DNA from: Eledone cirrhosa | Taxonomy: Eukaryota | DNA length: 64,000 nucleotides | Direction of reading: 5' to 3' | NCBI GenBank assembly: GCA_964016885.1 | Contig: OZ024742.1 | Coordinates: forward strand, 236,778,001-236,842,000 | Part shown: positions 12,596-27,877 of the stretch, piece by piece | How the letters are laid out: each line of letters begins with the position of its first letter | How positions within the stretch are numbered: the stretch's first letter is position 1 | Position numbers and translations under genes: made by a program | The notes under the pieces: generated by a model | What the model saw: only the letters and a program-made list of their open reading frames with translations | Told to the model about the DNA's origin: nothing | Database searches by the model: none

Positions 12596-13479
12596 TACCG
12601 ATGAAAATGAGCCGTTTTTTTTTGTTTTTTTTTTCGGTTCAACCGCCCCAATCCCCTGCAACACATGCACCACCATCAACAGGCAGAAGAAAAGCCGGAA
12701 CTGTTCAAAGTGCTACAGTTGCGACAGTTTCCATCACCTCTCTTGTGTTGGCGTAGCACGTCTAGCCTCGGACGGAGATGCAACGTGGAGATGCAGCAGC
12801 TGCCTCTTCTCCTCCTCTCTTGCGCAGCTGCAGTCCCGCACCACATCCCCAGACGACACAGCATGACTCTCCGAGGCCCAATCCTCACTTGTCAACTTTG
12901 CTCGGCTCAGATGACTGCACAAGATACCCCTCAAGATCCCGAAAACAACCCCGGTGTCAGTGACCAATACCCTCGCGGTCTCAATCTGCAAAGCCTTGGA
13001 CTCCCACCGACACAGCAATTGGAAGCGACTATTATTTCGCTGTGTTTGAGTACGTTTGTATGTTCATATGTATATATGTATGAACCTATGTGTATGTGTG
13101 AATGTTTGGATTCATGCGTGTTTATGTGTGTGTTTACGTCTATGTGTGAATGTGTTTGAGTAAATGTGTACGTGTGTATGTCTATGTGTGTGTGTTTGAA
13201 TGTGCGTGTATGTGTGTGTAAATGTGTGTGTAGGTGTATATGTAGTGGGCGGAGAAATGAAGCTAAACAGAAAATATGGACCGAAAATTTGTAAAGAAAA
13301 AAACCCCTATATATAACAAAAGAAACAAAAAGAAACAAAACAAATAAAAAAAAGAAAAAGATTGATATGTTGGAAAGAAAGAAAGAATGAATGAATGAAG
13401 ACAAGAAAGAAAGCAAGAAAGTAATTGAAAAGAAAGTATAAAAGTATATGAGAATATATTTCTGAAGGTTAATTTGTTT

Positions 13480-13533
<54 letters not shown>

Positions 13534-13793
13534 TGGGGGGCATATGTGTATATGTATGTTTGACCCTACAGTATATGTGTGAGCACGTGTGTGTGTGTGC
13601 ACATGCGCTATATTAATTTCAAGCTCAACTGCCTCTAGATCAAACATAAGTTACCCTCCCTCTCTGCACCGAACACTGGAAACAAGGACTATACTTGTTA
13701 TAACAAAATAAATCAACCAGGGAGGTCTTGCTTCTCAAAGTGAAATCCCCGATCACAACGTCAGTTGTACTGACCACATTGAATATATTGAAT

Positions 13794-13984
13794 ATAATTG
13801 TTTCTACTTTTGGCAAAAGGCCAGTAATTATCTCAGTATGTTACTGGTACTTTATTTTATCGACCCCGTAAGGGTGAAAGGCAAAGTGAACCTCGGCGGG
13901 ATTTGAACTCAGAACGTAAAGGGACGTAACTATGCTGTAAAGCATGGCGTCCGGTCCTCTACAGATACTGCCAATTCACCGCCT
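13794..13984 (-). mobile_element. tRNA-derived SINE family A
   Basis: Full-length copy with A box, B box and conserved core. Confidence 0.9.
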
Positions 13985-14248
13985 GAATATATATAATATA
14001 GTATATATAAGTTTTATACGCAGGTTTGTGTGATGCCGCGAGAAGGAAACAACAAACGAAGAAAGGAAAGGTGTTAAGCGTTAGATGGAAAAAGAGGAGT
14101 GTTAATCATAAAGTCTACATACCATTTTGTTGATATCCAACACGTTGCTTTGTTGATCTACTAAATGAACAAATCTGTCTCTATATATTAGGACAATGTG
14201 ACGGGCTTATAATGACGCTAGGAATAACAGCCAAAGAACCGTCTAAAT

Positions 14249-14703
14249 CAACGGTCACCAACCATTCGGGCGTACGTGTGCCATATAGTCGATAGATGAT
14301 ACATATGTGTAAATTCATGGATGTTAGTTCTTTATTGAGGAGCAACATTTTTTAGGGGGATTATAAAATATATTTTAACCGAATATTATTTTTGTTTTAT
14401 TATTAATAGGACGGTGAATTGGCAGTATCGGTGGAGGATTGGACGCCATGCTTTCTAGCATAGTTACGTCCCTTTACGGTCTGAGTTCAAATCCTGTCGA
14501 GGTTAACTTTGCCTTTCATCCTTACGGGGTCGATAAAATAAAGTACCAGTAATACACTGGGATAATTGCTGGCCTTGTGCCAAAAGTAGAAACAATTTTA
14601 ATAAAACATAAAAATTGCAAATAATGTCCACATTTTTCTGCGGACCACCAAAATTGTCTCTAGGACCTTCAGTGGTCCGCGGACCACTGGTTGGCGACCG
14701 CTG
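14249..14703. mobile_element. Non-autonomous hAT (Charlie-like) element with nested SINE A (14408-14597, +)
   Basis: TIRs caacggtcaccaacc / ggttggcgaccgctg; degenerate 8-bp TSD gtctaaat / gtttaaac. Confidence 0.7.
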
Positions 14704-15059
14704 GTTTAAACCAACTCTACAATGAAGAAGTTGTTAATATTAATTAAAGGTTATTTGTCTCTAATACTTGGAGTTCACAACAAATGGATGAAATATACAG
14801 ATAAGATATTACCCAGGGAAGCAATTTTTCACCTTAAACTTATGCCAAAAAAACTCTATTTAGGGGAATATAAGTCAGACAGATTAAATAAGAAAGTCTC
14901 ACTCATATAAACGTACGTCTCCATACCACGGTTGCTTTCAAGTTGCAGTTGTCAAATTACGCAGTTTCTGTATAAGAATAGACATTAAACAATATCTATT
15001 ATTACTTGCAGCGACTACAATCCCATTACGTATATCCTTGACCTTAACTATCAAAAATA

Positions 15060-15482
15060 CCCCAAGATGCCTGTGTCAGAAGCGTGTTGCTCCATGTCAT
15101 CCGACTGTCTGAATTGGCGCAGAAGAAATGATCCGCTGGATGTGTGGTGTGACCACAGAGCTCAACTGAAACCCTGAAAAGACTGCTGATCGACGACTTC
15201 GAAGATGTGCTTCACACGAAACACATGCGCTGGTACAGCCATGTTGAGCATAGTGAGGGCTGGATCAGAAAAGTGATTAATGTCGATCCAGGAGGCAGTA
15301 GACGCCCAGGAAGACCAAAACGGACTTGGGTGGAGGATGTCCGTCGGGATCAAGTTAGGCTTGGTTTGGTCTGGCCCAAGTGAGACCGGCCGACAAAAAC
15401 ACATGGAGCGGACGCTAAGGAGCGTTGTTAGGCATGACCCACACCTAATTCTGACCTGTACAATCAAAAAGTGGATGATGAT
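15060..15482 (+). pseudogene. RTE-clade LINE 3' fragment
   Basis: Motifs EMIRWMCGVT, RWYSHVE and RRPGRPKRTW; short GAT tail. Confidence 0.7.
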
Positions 15483-15595
15483 ATAGAGAGAAATAAAAAT
15501 ATACAGGTACATTGTCTCCACTACACTACTTTGACTATATCCACTCAGAGTAATCCTCTTCGTGGTTAGTCGACCTGCTAAAAATAGCAGCCAAA

Positions 15596-16450
15596 TTCTT
15601 CTTCTTCTTCTTCTTCTTCTTCTTCTTCTTCTTCTTCTTCTTCTTCTTCTTCTTCTTCTTCTTCTTCTTCTTCTTCTTCTTCTTCTTCTTCTTCTTCTTC
15701 TTCTTCTTCTTCTTCTTCTTCTTCTTCTTCTTCTTCGCCCACATATTCCTGAGAAGGTCGTGGCGGCCGAGTCCTCAAACACTCCCTCTCGTGGGTCCTG
15801 TCAGAATCAACCCTCTCCAACTAATCCGACTGGATTCCCAAGCATGTCCAGTCAAGCTCATGGATGTTATCAACTCTCTTGCTTGAAGTCAACCCTGGGT
15901 CTCCTAACAGTTGATTTTGTCGGTAAAATTTGTCCAGTGATTCTTTCCTGAGACATTCGATCCCACATGCACGTAATATAGGAGCTGAGATCTCTCAATT
16001 CGAGGAAGTAGTTTATTCTATCTGAACCGACTTTCTGATCTCTGAGCTACGCATTCTATCGAGTAGCGTTACTCCAAACACGTTTCGGAGGGACCCCATT
16101 TCGGCCACTTTATATTCTTTCAGTTATTATCCAGTTATTATTCGGTTGGCACGAATATCGAATTGAAGATAGTAAGTTTGACTTTTACACCCACTTCTCT
16201 TCTTATTATGACCGAATGCTGAAACTGGCACATTACTGTACTAGTTCCTGCAATTTTTATTCTTAATTCAGCCTACTGACTTCCATCACTCGTTAACACG
16301 GCCTCGACTCTTGAACTTCTCCACCTGTTTGAACGGAACTCCACGTATATGTAGAGAGTATTGCGCATGCTTCCTTGAGAGAACGACTGCTTCAGTCTTC
16401 GCAACACTGGTGTTTATTCCAGCCGTGGAGCACTCGCCATCAAACCCAAA
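15596..16450 (-). pseudogene. RTE-like LINE 3' fragment with long (GAA)n tail (15596-15737)
   Basis: KTEAVVLSRK and FKQVEKFK post-RT motifs; ends in a perfect trinucleotide tract. Confidence 0.6.
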
Positions 16451-17109
16451 TAAAATGTCTATAATGTACAATCTAGTCACTGATATACATAAGCAATGGG
16501 ATGATCACGACGAATAGAAGGCGTTTGATCAATGGTTAGTTGGATCATGTCTGATCTGGGACTGTACAACAACAATAACATAGGAAGTTTGTTTACCTTT
16601 CTTTGCAAAAGGAAGGCATCATAAACTCACAAGCTAGTCAAGTTTGGATATTTTACGTGTGTTTGAATAAAGGTCTACCTACAAAGTCATCTGGTAATGC
16701 TGCTAGACCAAAAGTAATCATATTAAAGGTGAGTTTAGAAATATTTAAGAATCTCGAACTCTCAACATATTGTTGAGAATAATGACGTCCGTTACTTAAA
16801 CCAGGACGATTATAATAACGAATGTGAAGTTGAGGATTATGCCATTGATGGTGATGTTAATACCGATGTTTATTCCGTTGTTGCTGTTGTTGTTGATGGT
16901 GATGACGATAATAATGTTGTCAATGACGATAGCTGAGATAGTGATAGTGATGATGTCATCGACAAGAACGATGCTGCCTGTACTGTTCATAGTTTCATAT
17001 TCTATTCTAAACCCTCTTTTCAGTTAGTGTGTGTGAGTTAATCATAAACATCGTTATAGTTATATTGTAGCGTATACACACATAAATACATACATACGTA
17101 AATACATAA

Positions 17110-17235
<126 letters not shown>

Positions 17236-17691
17236 TGTGTGTACGCGTATGAGTACATGTGTATGGTGTTAACATTTATGTCGAAACGTGAGAAAGTTCA
17301 AAATTTTAGCTTGCTCTCTGACGAGTGTCTCAATCATCAACCGATCGTAACAGTTGTTGACACCACCAATGTTTTGAAGCACCCCTCTATGTCCAGTTAC
17401 CCCCCGACTTTCTTCACTAGACCAATCGGTCGTTTTACTTTTTATTCCTAGGTCATAATCCGTCACATCATCTCCATCAACATCATCTCATCATTTCAAT
17501 CAACAAATGGATATTTTACCATGTTTGCAATGGTGGACAATAATCGTTGTAATGTCATACATTTTGGGAATGATTTTCTTTTGGTGGAGGGCGTGGTGGT
17601 GGTGGTGGAGTTTGGTGGTGGATTATTACTTTAATGTTTCAATTGTTTATTTTTATTTTTACTTTTTATTCGTTTTGATATTTTTCTCTAG

Positions 17692-17804
<113 letters not shown>

Positions 17805-17851
17805 ATATACACACATCCAGGGAGTGTAACGGGAAGTTACTGTAGGTTCAC

Positions 17852-17906
<55 letters not shown>

Positions 17907-18519
17907 CGTGTGCGTGTGTGTGTGTATGTGTGTGTGTGCGTGTGCGCGTGTGTGTGTGTCTGTGTGTGTGTGTGTCTGGGTACTAGTATGCGTGCTATTA
18001 CATATGTGTACATGTGATAAGTTTGTGTATACAATAAAAAAAATATTCAAAATGAAAACATATCTATGTTGACTGTTGAAAAGCAAATTAATTAAACTAT
18101 TTTTCATCGACGACGAAACAAAATCTATTAATCCATAAACATGCGCACGCACACACACTCACACATACACTTATATATAATTATGTATCCCCATCTACAC
18201 ACATACATATATATATTTGTATATGTATATACACGTATACGCACACACATTTGTAGAAATATTTAATCTCGGAAAGAAACAAACATGAACAACATCCGCC
18301 ATTCCATAACTTCACTTATGACAGGCCAGTTCCATATAGCAAATATTTGGATGGTATATCATCATTATCATCATCACCCTCTTCTTGAACAACAACGACA
18401 TCATCAACCTCATAACTACTAGTCAGCGGTCACAATTTCATAACATTAACCGTTGTGGTATTGACAAGGTCATAGAGGTTTGACGAGAGTTTTGACACTT
18501 CACGAAATGTGGTGGACCT

Positions 18520-18900
18520 CCTCGGATTCGACAAGCGTTCTAGTTGTTTCAATCAACGAAACAGTCTGATATGAAATTAACTTGTAATAGGCTGAGCATA
18601 CCACAGACACGTGCACACTTATGTAATTCTCAAAGAGATTCACGTAACTCTGTGCGACAAGGCTGGCCTTTTGAATTACAGTTACAAGTACAACACATTT
18701 TTGCTAGCTGAGTGCATTGCCAGAATTGGTAGAACATCGGAAAAATGGCTTTAGATATTTGTCCTGTCCATTGTACATTCCGAAATCAACTTTGATCTTT
18801 CAATCTTTCGTAGGCCGATAAAATAAAATATTCGCAAAATTATGATGTCGACTTCTTCGACTATACTCTCGCACGCAAATCTTTGACCTCGACTCTATAT
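18520..18900. mobile_element. Old SINE family B (-) abutting SINE family A (+)
   Basis: Similar to 33455-34015 and 55305-55622 (B) and to 14408-14597 (A). Confidence 0.6.
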
Positions 18901-19138
18901 AAAAAAAAATATTAATTTTGAAAGCCAAGCAGATTTCATAACCGCGGCTGAAGAGGGATAAAAAAACCCTCTAATACTAGTATTTGGTGCTTTCACAAAG
19001 CTACATCCTCCATCTCAGTCCCCTCAACGGCGATTTTCTAATGATGAAGTCAGTGTTTAGCGGACCAACTCATCTTTTTTCAGAAAAAAAGTAATATTGC
19101 ATTAACCAATATATCATTATACGCGTGTGTGTGTGTGT

Positions 19139-19204
<66 letters not shown>

Positions 19205-19375
19205 GTGTGCGCGTGTGTGTGTGTGCGTGTGTGTGCGCGTGTGTTTGAGTGTGTGTGTAAGTATATGTAGATAATACAGTGTCAATGCCCGAGATAAGTT
19301 ATTGTTAATAAACACAATAAATTTTCTACATAATTAACTTCATTTTTGCATTGCACATACAGACACAGAATCACA

Positions 19376-19409
<34 letters not shown>

Positions 19410-19792
19410 ACTCACACACATATGCATATATATACAGTGGCGGACTGGCCAGGTTACCAGGTTGCCTATTGGCAAATGGGACCCAGGGGGCCAACGGTAG
19501 CATTACAAGAGCCCACAGTAGCATTACAGGGTCCACTGTAGTATTTTAGGGGCCAATGCTTTGCTTTCAGAAAATAATAGAACTCTAAGAGAAAGAATAA
19601 ATAAAAAATAAAAAGAATAAAACAATGAAGCCAAGCATTTGGTCAAACACTTCCCCAGCGAATTACTAGAAACCAAAATATACGATAGTGCAAATAGCTG
19701 GACTATATATACTTACACACGAACTACTGACCAAATAATATTTGGTATCAATGGGTTAAAGACATCTGTCAAATCAATTAGTGGTGAAGGTG

Positions 19793-19892
<100 letters not shown>

Positions 19893-19894
19893 TA

Positions 19895-20797
19895 GATAGA
19901 TAGATAGATATATTTCTTTATTTGCCAAAAAGATGGGAACAAATACAAATACATACATATAGTGGGGAGTTTACATACAGGTGTGTAAAGAAAGCAGAAT
20001 TAATAACAATAATATTAAATTTAACAATCGAAATCCCCAATAGCGGAGAGGCGTTACACATAGGTTGTACACACCCCGAAAAAATGTACAACCCTCATCT
20101 CCAGGAGCACGAAGAGCGAGCGCTCCCTTCCTCTCTTCCTCTTTTTCCTCAACCTACAGGTTTATATAGAGAAAAGGCCCAACCACTCGGGCCATCCTTT
20201 CCACATTCATCCACCTTTCGTAAAATTTGCTGAGGTGCAGCGCCTCTCTCTCCACCCTGATTCTTCTTCTAAAATGATATTTAAAGAAGCGAACCAGTTG
20301 TTCGCCTGAGAGAAAGGTGTCTGACCTCAGCCCTTTCTGTCTCGTCCACCATATAACCTCTTTCACCATAGCCATTACACAGAGGAAAACCGCCTCTCCT
20401 TCGTTTTTGAGGGTGGCGGTTTGATCGCAATAATGGACTCGGTGGTCAACCGGATTTGTCCCACCCGCGATAGTAGTCATTCTGCATAGCTCCACAGGTC
20501 GGTAACGCCCGGGCAGTGTACAAATGCGTTCGCGACGGTTTGCTCTTCCCGCACGCATCTCGGACAGGTCTTTTTCAAGGGATCCCTGCCAGGGCGCCCG
20601 TGTCTGTAGAGCTTGTCTCGAACGGGTAGAGCTCCTCGTAAGCACTGCCAAGCCAGGGACTTTTGGAAGTTGTCCATCGGTCCCGGGCGGAATGTCCTAC
20701 CGAACAGACTGGCCAGTTCGTCTTCCTGTACGCCTAGAGTTTCTCCGAGAGTGTCGTCGCACTTGCTGCGGACCAACCCTTTATAGAATGACGAGGT
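19895..20797 (-). mobile_element. 5'-truncated Tx1-clade LINE
   Basis: ORF2 C-terminus (ORFs 20154..20651 and 20477..), 3'UTR with AATAAA, and (TATC)n at both ends. Confidence 0.9.
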
Positions 20798-20843
20798 GGA
20801 TAGATAGAAAGATAGACACACGCGCGCGCACACACACACACAT

Positions 20844-21560
<717 letters not shown>

Positions 21561-21602
21561 TTACACATTTCACAATGCTTCAAGCAAACTTTAACACCCT
21601 CT

Positions 21603-21648
<46 letters not shown>

Positions 21649-21695
<47 letters not shown>

Positions 21696-22080
21696 TTCTT
21701 TATTAGCCACAAGGGCACAAAAGAAGGGGACAAGTACAATGGGGGAAGTTTACTTTCAATAAAAACGCGTAAAACAATACCACAGATGAAAATTAAAGAA
21801 AAACAATCGATTTTCCCCAATAGGGGGGGAGACATTAACTATGGGTGACACATAACCCCCCCAAAAAATGTGCAACCCTCACCTCCAGGAGTACGAAGGG
21901 TGAACATTCCTTTACCTTCTTCCTCCTCTTCCTCAACCTACAGGCTGATATAGAGAGAAGGCCCATTCACTCGGGTCATTCTCGCCACTTTCACCCACCT
22001 TTCATAAAACCTGTTGGGGTACAGCACCTCTCTCTCCATCCTTATTCTTCTTCCAAAGTGGTATTTGAAAAAAAGAATCA
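21649..22080 (-). mobile_element. Short 5'-truncated Tx1 LINE 3' end
   Basis: FFKYHFGRRIRMEREVL...SLYISL*; (GATA)n on both sides. Confidence 0.9.
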
Positions 22081-22110
22081 GAGATAGATAGATAGATAAA
22101 TAGATAGTTA

Positions 22111-22212
<102 letters not shown>

Positions 22213-22562
22213 TATATTGAGTGAGTGTGAAAGACCAAAGGTCATTATTGAGAGTCGGTGTATTTCGCAAAATACATAATATTTTTTATTGGAGAAGGTA
22301 AGATATTTTCCCTCAAATATTTGATTGCAATTATGTATTTTATGAAAATGTTATTTATTCATTATAAAAATTAAATGAGAGGCTTCTATATGCAGGTGGG
22401 TCCCCTTCACCTGGCAATCAATATTTTTAGACCTAATCCGCCACTGTATATATATATATAAAATACTAATCATTGTAAGTTTGAATCTAACTGACATGCA
22501 AAAACATATATAAGGTAAGACCAAATCTTAGTAGATTCAAGTATCACAGAGAGAGAGACGGG

Positions 22563-22633
<71 letters not shown>

Positions 22634-23536
22634 GGTGGAGCAGAAATGAAACATGGATTACAGGTTAAAATGTAGTCTAGGTAGATGAGAAACAAATCGA
22701 GGATGTAAGTTTATGGAACACACACAAATGATTTAGAAGTCGACCTTAAGTAGGAGCAATAACATTAAGGAAGATATGAACGACACCACAACACTTTGTT
22801 TTGAAAATTTTGAAAGTAGGTTTATAGGTATGAATTTTCACAAGATTTTTCGCAGTTGTTTCAGTGGCCTAGTAGTAGGTACTAGAGACGGTGGAAATCC
22901 TGACTTTGGGTTCAATCCTGGTCAAGAGGTACACATAACACTTTTTATTTTTTATTTTACAACCAATAGAAAAAAGATTGAAAAGTTTTAGCGGCAATCA
23001 ATCTCCCGACCAAGTTCGAACTTCAGACCAGGATCACCACCATTTATGATTGCTCCAGGTAGTCCACCGAGACAGCTACAGAAGTATAATGAAAATTGAT
23101 AATTATATTATAAACCTACTTTCAAAATCAAATTTAAAAAGAGGTGGTGTCGTTCATGCCTTTACTAGAGCTATTAGTAAATATTTAGGGTCGATTTGTC
23201 AACAACCTTATTATTCCTATGTGTGTTTAATCGTTGAATTAATTTAATTTGAATATTTTAGCGAACAAATAATATATATATATAGATATATATATTATCC
23301 CCCCCGTGTTTGCATAGCTACGGCTTCCTAAAACCGTATTTCCTTGTAGATACGACATATTTATACATATTGTATAAAGCTATGCTTGAAGCGAAATCCT
23401 ATTTCTTTTTTATTATAAGGTGAGCCAACTTATGCAGCTTAATATGCAAATGAGATTAATCACCTCATTTACACAGACGAGAAATGTATATTTTCTCGCC
23501 TGTCTTCTAGTCCAGGAGTCGTAAGCGGTGGGAGGC

Positions 23537-23580
23537 ACCGTCCTGACGAAGGCCTGTTAAACCTGAAATGCATAGACGGT
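23537..23580 (+). ncRNA. Minimal type-I hammerhead ribozyme (family C)
   Basis: accguc-CUGACGA-agg ccuguuaaa ccu-GAAA-UGCA-UA-gacggu; perfect 6-bp stem I, intact core, palindromic stem III. Confidence 0.85.
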
Positions 23581-23706
23581 TGTCGCCCTTGCTTCTGCTG
23601 GACATCACCATAGGACGTAAGCCGTATTTCCTTGTAGATACGACATATTTACACACAAATATATATATATATATATATATATATTTTTATTTTTTATTTT
23701 ATAGAA

Positions 23707-23761
23707 GGAGCTTCTACAGGACTAGTACTGTTTCATTCAGATGAAATCTTCAGGAAGCTCC
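23707..23761 (-). ncRNA. Type-I hammerhead ribozyme (family B), left arm of palindrome 23690-23880
   Basis: ggagcuuc-CUGAAGA-u uuca uc ugaa u-GAAA-cag uacuaguc cug-UA-gaagcucc; 8-bp stem I, intact core. Confidence 0.88.
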
Positions 23762-23900
23762 TGAATGAAACAGTACTAGTCCTGTAGAAGCTCCTTCTAT
23801 AAAATAAAAAATTTTACTCTGCCATGTATTGAGTACCTTACTTACTGTGGTTATCCCCGACTCAACCCGGGACCTACGTATATATATATATATATATATA

Positions 23901-24182
23901 TTAGTAAAAATGAAAAGAAAATGCTGACAAATTTTTCCCAGTGAAAAATAGTTTAATTAGGAATAAGTCTAAATTAGTAATAAGTATTAGTTAGTATTCA
24001 GTTTTAGTTTTAAGTTTTATTACGATCGCTCTATCTCACAATTATTTTTAAAAAGCATTAGAAATGCGGAACCGGCAAAAACTAAAACTGAATACTGACT
24101 AATCCTTATTACCAATTCATACTTATTCCTAATTAAATTATTTTTCACTGGGAAAAATTTGTCGGTATTTTCTTTTCACTAA
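23901..24182. repeat. AT-rich inverted-repeat element (~110-bp arms) in (TA)n; second copy at 26803-27025
   Basis: agtaaaaa..aaaatgctgacaaatttttcccagtgaaaaa / tttttcactgggaaaaatttgtcggtattttc. Confidence 0.8.
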
Positions 24183-24219
24183 TATATATATACATACACA
24201 GTATATATATATATACATA

Positions 24220-24257
<38 letters not shown>

Positions 24258-25499
24258 TGTTTGCTAAAATAATCAAATTAAATTAATTCAACAGTTAAAC
24301 ACACATAGGAATAATAGGCTCGTCACCAAAGGGCCAGAAGATTGACAAGTTGACCCTAAATATTTACTAATAGTTCTAGGAAAGCCATGAACGACACCAC
24401 ATCTTTTTAAATTTGATTTCGAAAGTAGGTTTATAATTATCAATTTTCATTTTACTTTTGTAACTGTCTCAGTGGCCTACCTGGAGGAATCATAGACGGT
24501 GGTAATCCTGGTTTGAAGTTCGAACCTGGTCGGCAGATTGGTTCCCGCTAAACCTTTTCAATTTTTTTCTACGGGTTGTAAAGTAAAAACTGAAAAGTTT
24601 ACATGCGCAGAATCTCCACTGTCTCTAGGACCTACCGCTAGGCCACAGAAACAACTATAAAAACCGTATGAAAATTCATACTTAAAAACCTACTTTCAAA
24701 ATTTTCAAAACAAAGTGTTGTGGTGGCGTTCATGTCTTCCCTAAGGTTATTGCTCCTACTTAAGGTCGACTTCTAAATCATTTGGATGTTCCATAACTTA
24801 CATCCTCGTTTTGTTTCTCATCTATCTAGACTACATTTTAACCTGTAATCCATGTTTCATTACTCTTGCACCTCGTTTCTCCGCCCCCATCTCTCTTTTT
24901 CTCTGTGATATTTGAATCCACTATGATTTAGGCTTACTTTATTCATATATATGTTTTTACATGTCAGATTCAAACTTACAATGATTGACATTATATATAA
25001 GTTCGAACCCGGATGGGAGATTGGTTCCCGCTAAACCTTTTCATTCTTTTTTCTATTGTAAAATAAAAAAATAAAAAGGGTTACGTGTCCCTCCTGACCA
25101 GGATTGAACCCAAAACTAGGATCTCCACAGTCTATAGTACCTACAGCTAGGCCACAGAAACAACTACGAAAGTCATATGAAAATTCATACCTATAAACCT
25201 ACTTTCACAATTTTCAAAACTAAGTCCTGTGGTGTCTTTCATGTCTTCCTTAATGTTATTGCCCCTACTTAATGTCGACTTCTAAATCATTTGGGTGTTC
25301 CATAAACTTCATCCTCGTTTTGTTACTCATCTATCAAGACTACATTTTAACCTGTAATCCATGTTTCATTACTCTTGCACCTCGTTTCTCCGCCCCCTCT
25401 CTCTTTTTCTCTGTGATATTTGAATATACTACTATGATTTGGGCTTACTTTATTCATATATGTGTTTTTACATGTCAGATTCAAACTTACAATGATTGG

Positions 25500-26042
<543 letters not shown>

Positions 26043-26473
26043 GCCAATCATTGTACGTTTGAATCTGACATGTAAAAACATATATATGAATAAAGTAAGC
26101 CCAAATAATAGGTGATTCAAATATCACAGAGAAAAAGAGAGAGGGGGCGGAGAAACGAGGTGCAAGAAAAATGAAACATGGATTACAGGTTAAAATGTAG
26201 TCTTGATAGATGAGTAACAAATCGAGGATGAAGTTTATGGAACACCCAAATGATTTAGAAGTCGACCTTAAGTAGGGGCAATAACCTTAAGTAGAGGCAA
26301 TAACAAGGAAGACATGAAAGACACCAAAACACTTTGTGAAAGTATATATATATATATATTTATATTTATAAATATTTCGTAACTCCAAAGGAATACGGTT
26401 TTAGAAGCTGTAGCTATGCAAACACCAGGGGGCTAACGTCCTCTGGTGATGTCCAGCAGAAGCAAGGCGGACA

Positions 26474-26517
26474 ACTGTCTATGCATTTCAGGCTTAACTG
26501 GCCTTCGTCAGGACGGT
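26474..26517 (-). ncRNA. Minimal hammerhead ribozyme (family C)
   Basis: accguc-CUGACGA-aggc caguuaa gccu-GAAA-UGCA-UA-gacagu; one stem I mismatch. Confidence 0.8.
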
Positions 26518-26686
26518 CCCTCCCACCGCTCGCGACTGCTGGACTAGAAGACAGGCGAGAAAATACACCTTTCTCGTCTGTGTAAATGAGGTGATTAATC
26601 TCATTGCATATGAAGCTGCATATATATATATGTTAGCATTTTCCTTTTTCTTTTCCTTTTTACTAATATATATATATATATATATG

Positions 26687-26796
<110 letters not shown>

Positions 26797-27022
26797 GATA
26801 TTTTAGTAAAAAGGAATAGAGAATGCTGACAAATATTTAGTATTCAGTTTTAGTTGTAAGTTTTATCACGAGCGCTCTATCTCACAATTATCTTTTAAAA
26901 CCATTAGAAATGCGCAACCGGTAAAAACTTAAATCTAAAATTGAATAACTAACTAATACTTATTACTAATTTATACTTTTTTTCACTGGGAAAAATTTGC
27001 CAGCATTTTATTTGCCTTTTTA

Positions 27023-27086
<64 letters not shown>

Positions 27087-27116
27087 TAAAAAGGCAAATA
27101 AAATGCTGGCAAATTT

Positions 27117-27171
27117 TGAGATTCCTGATGATTTCTAAAGAATGAAACAGTTCTAGTCCTGTAGAATCTCA
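27117..27171 (+). ncRNA. Type-I hammerhead ribozyme (family B)
   Basis: ugagauuc-CUGAUGA-u uuc uaaa gaa u-GAAA-cag uucuaguc cug-UA-gaaucuca; perfect 8-bp stem I. Confidence 0.88.
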
Positions 27172-27251
27172 TCTATATTAAAACTTTTATACTCTGCAAT
27201 GTATTGAGTACCTTACTTACTGTGGTTACCTCCGATTCAACCCGGAATAAC

Positions 27252-27312
<61 letters not shown>

Positions 27313-27316
<4 letters not shown>

Positions 27317-27503
27317 AACAAGTAGGACCCCGACGGCTGAGCTCAAGCCGTTTCGATTCGACGGCTAAACGGCTATTAGCCGTCGAAACGGCTTGAGCTA
27401 AGCCGTCGGCGTCCTACTTATTCCTATTACCGACTCTACTACCCTAAGTATTGAGTACTTTGGTGTGTTATGGTCCATCTGGTTCCTTACCACATTTCCT
27501 TCG

Positions 27504-27505
<2 letters not shown>
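27313..27505. repeat. Palindromic module containing the 3' half of a hammerhead
   Basis: gacggcta..tagccgtc-GAAA-cggctt gagct aagccg-TC-ggcgtcc; CUGANGA absent; downstream gtattgagtac motif as in family B. Confidence 0.65.
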
Positions 27506-27537
<32 letters not shown>

Positions 27538-27835
27538 GTCAATAATCATCTTTTTCCATTTCTCCGAGGGTTGTTAACCCTACTATCAGGCTAAATAATT
27601 TCTTTAGTCAAAATACGGCGATAGCTTACATTTATAATAATTTCAAACCCGCTCGCTGTTTCGAAAATATTCTTACACAGATATATATCAGTAAAAAGAA
27701 AAAGGAAAATGCTGACATATATATATATATGCAGCTTCATATGCACACATGAGATTAATCACCTCATTTACACAGACGAGAAAAGTATATATTCTCGCCT
27801 GTCTTCTAGTCCAGCAGTCGCAAGCGGTGGGAGGG

Positions 27836-27877
27836 ACCGTCCTGACGAAGGCCAGTTAAGCCTGAAATGCAGACAGT
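27836..27877 (+). ncRNA. Family C hammerhead lacking the cleavage-site UA (probably inactive)
   Basis: CTGACGA-aggccagttaagcct-GAAA-tgca-gacagt. Confidence 0.7.

Noticed and set aside
12665-13030. 164-aa ORF as a host exon
   Set aside because: No recognisable domain or splice context; probably a decayed LINE fragment running into (TG)n-like sequence.
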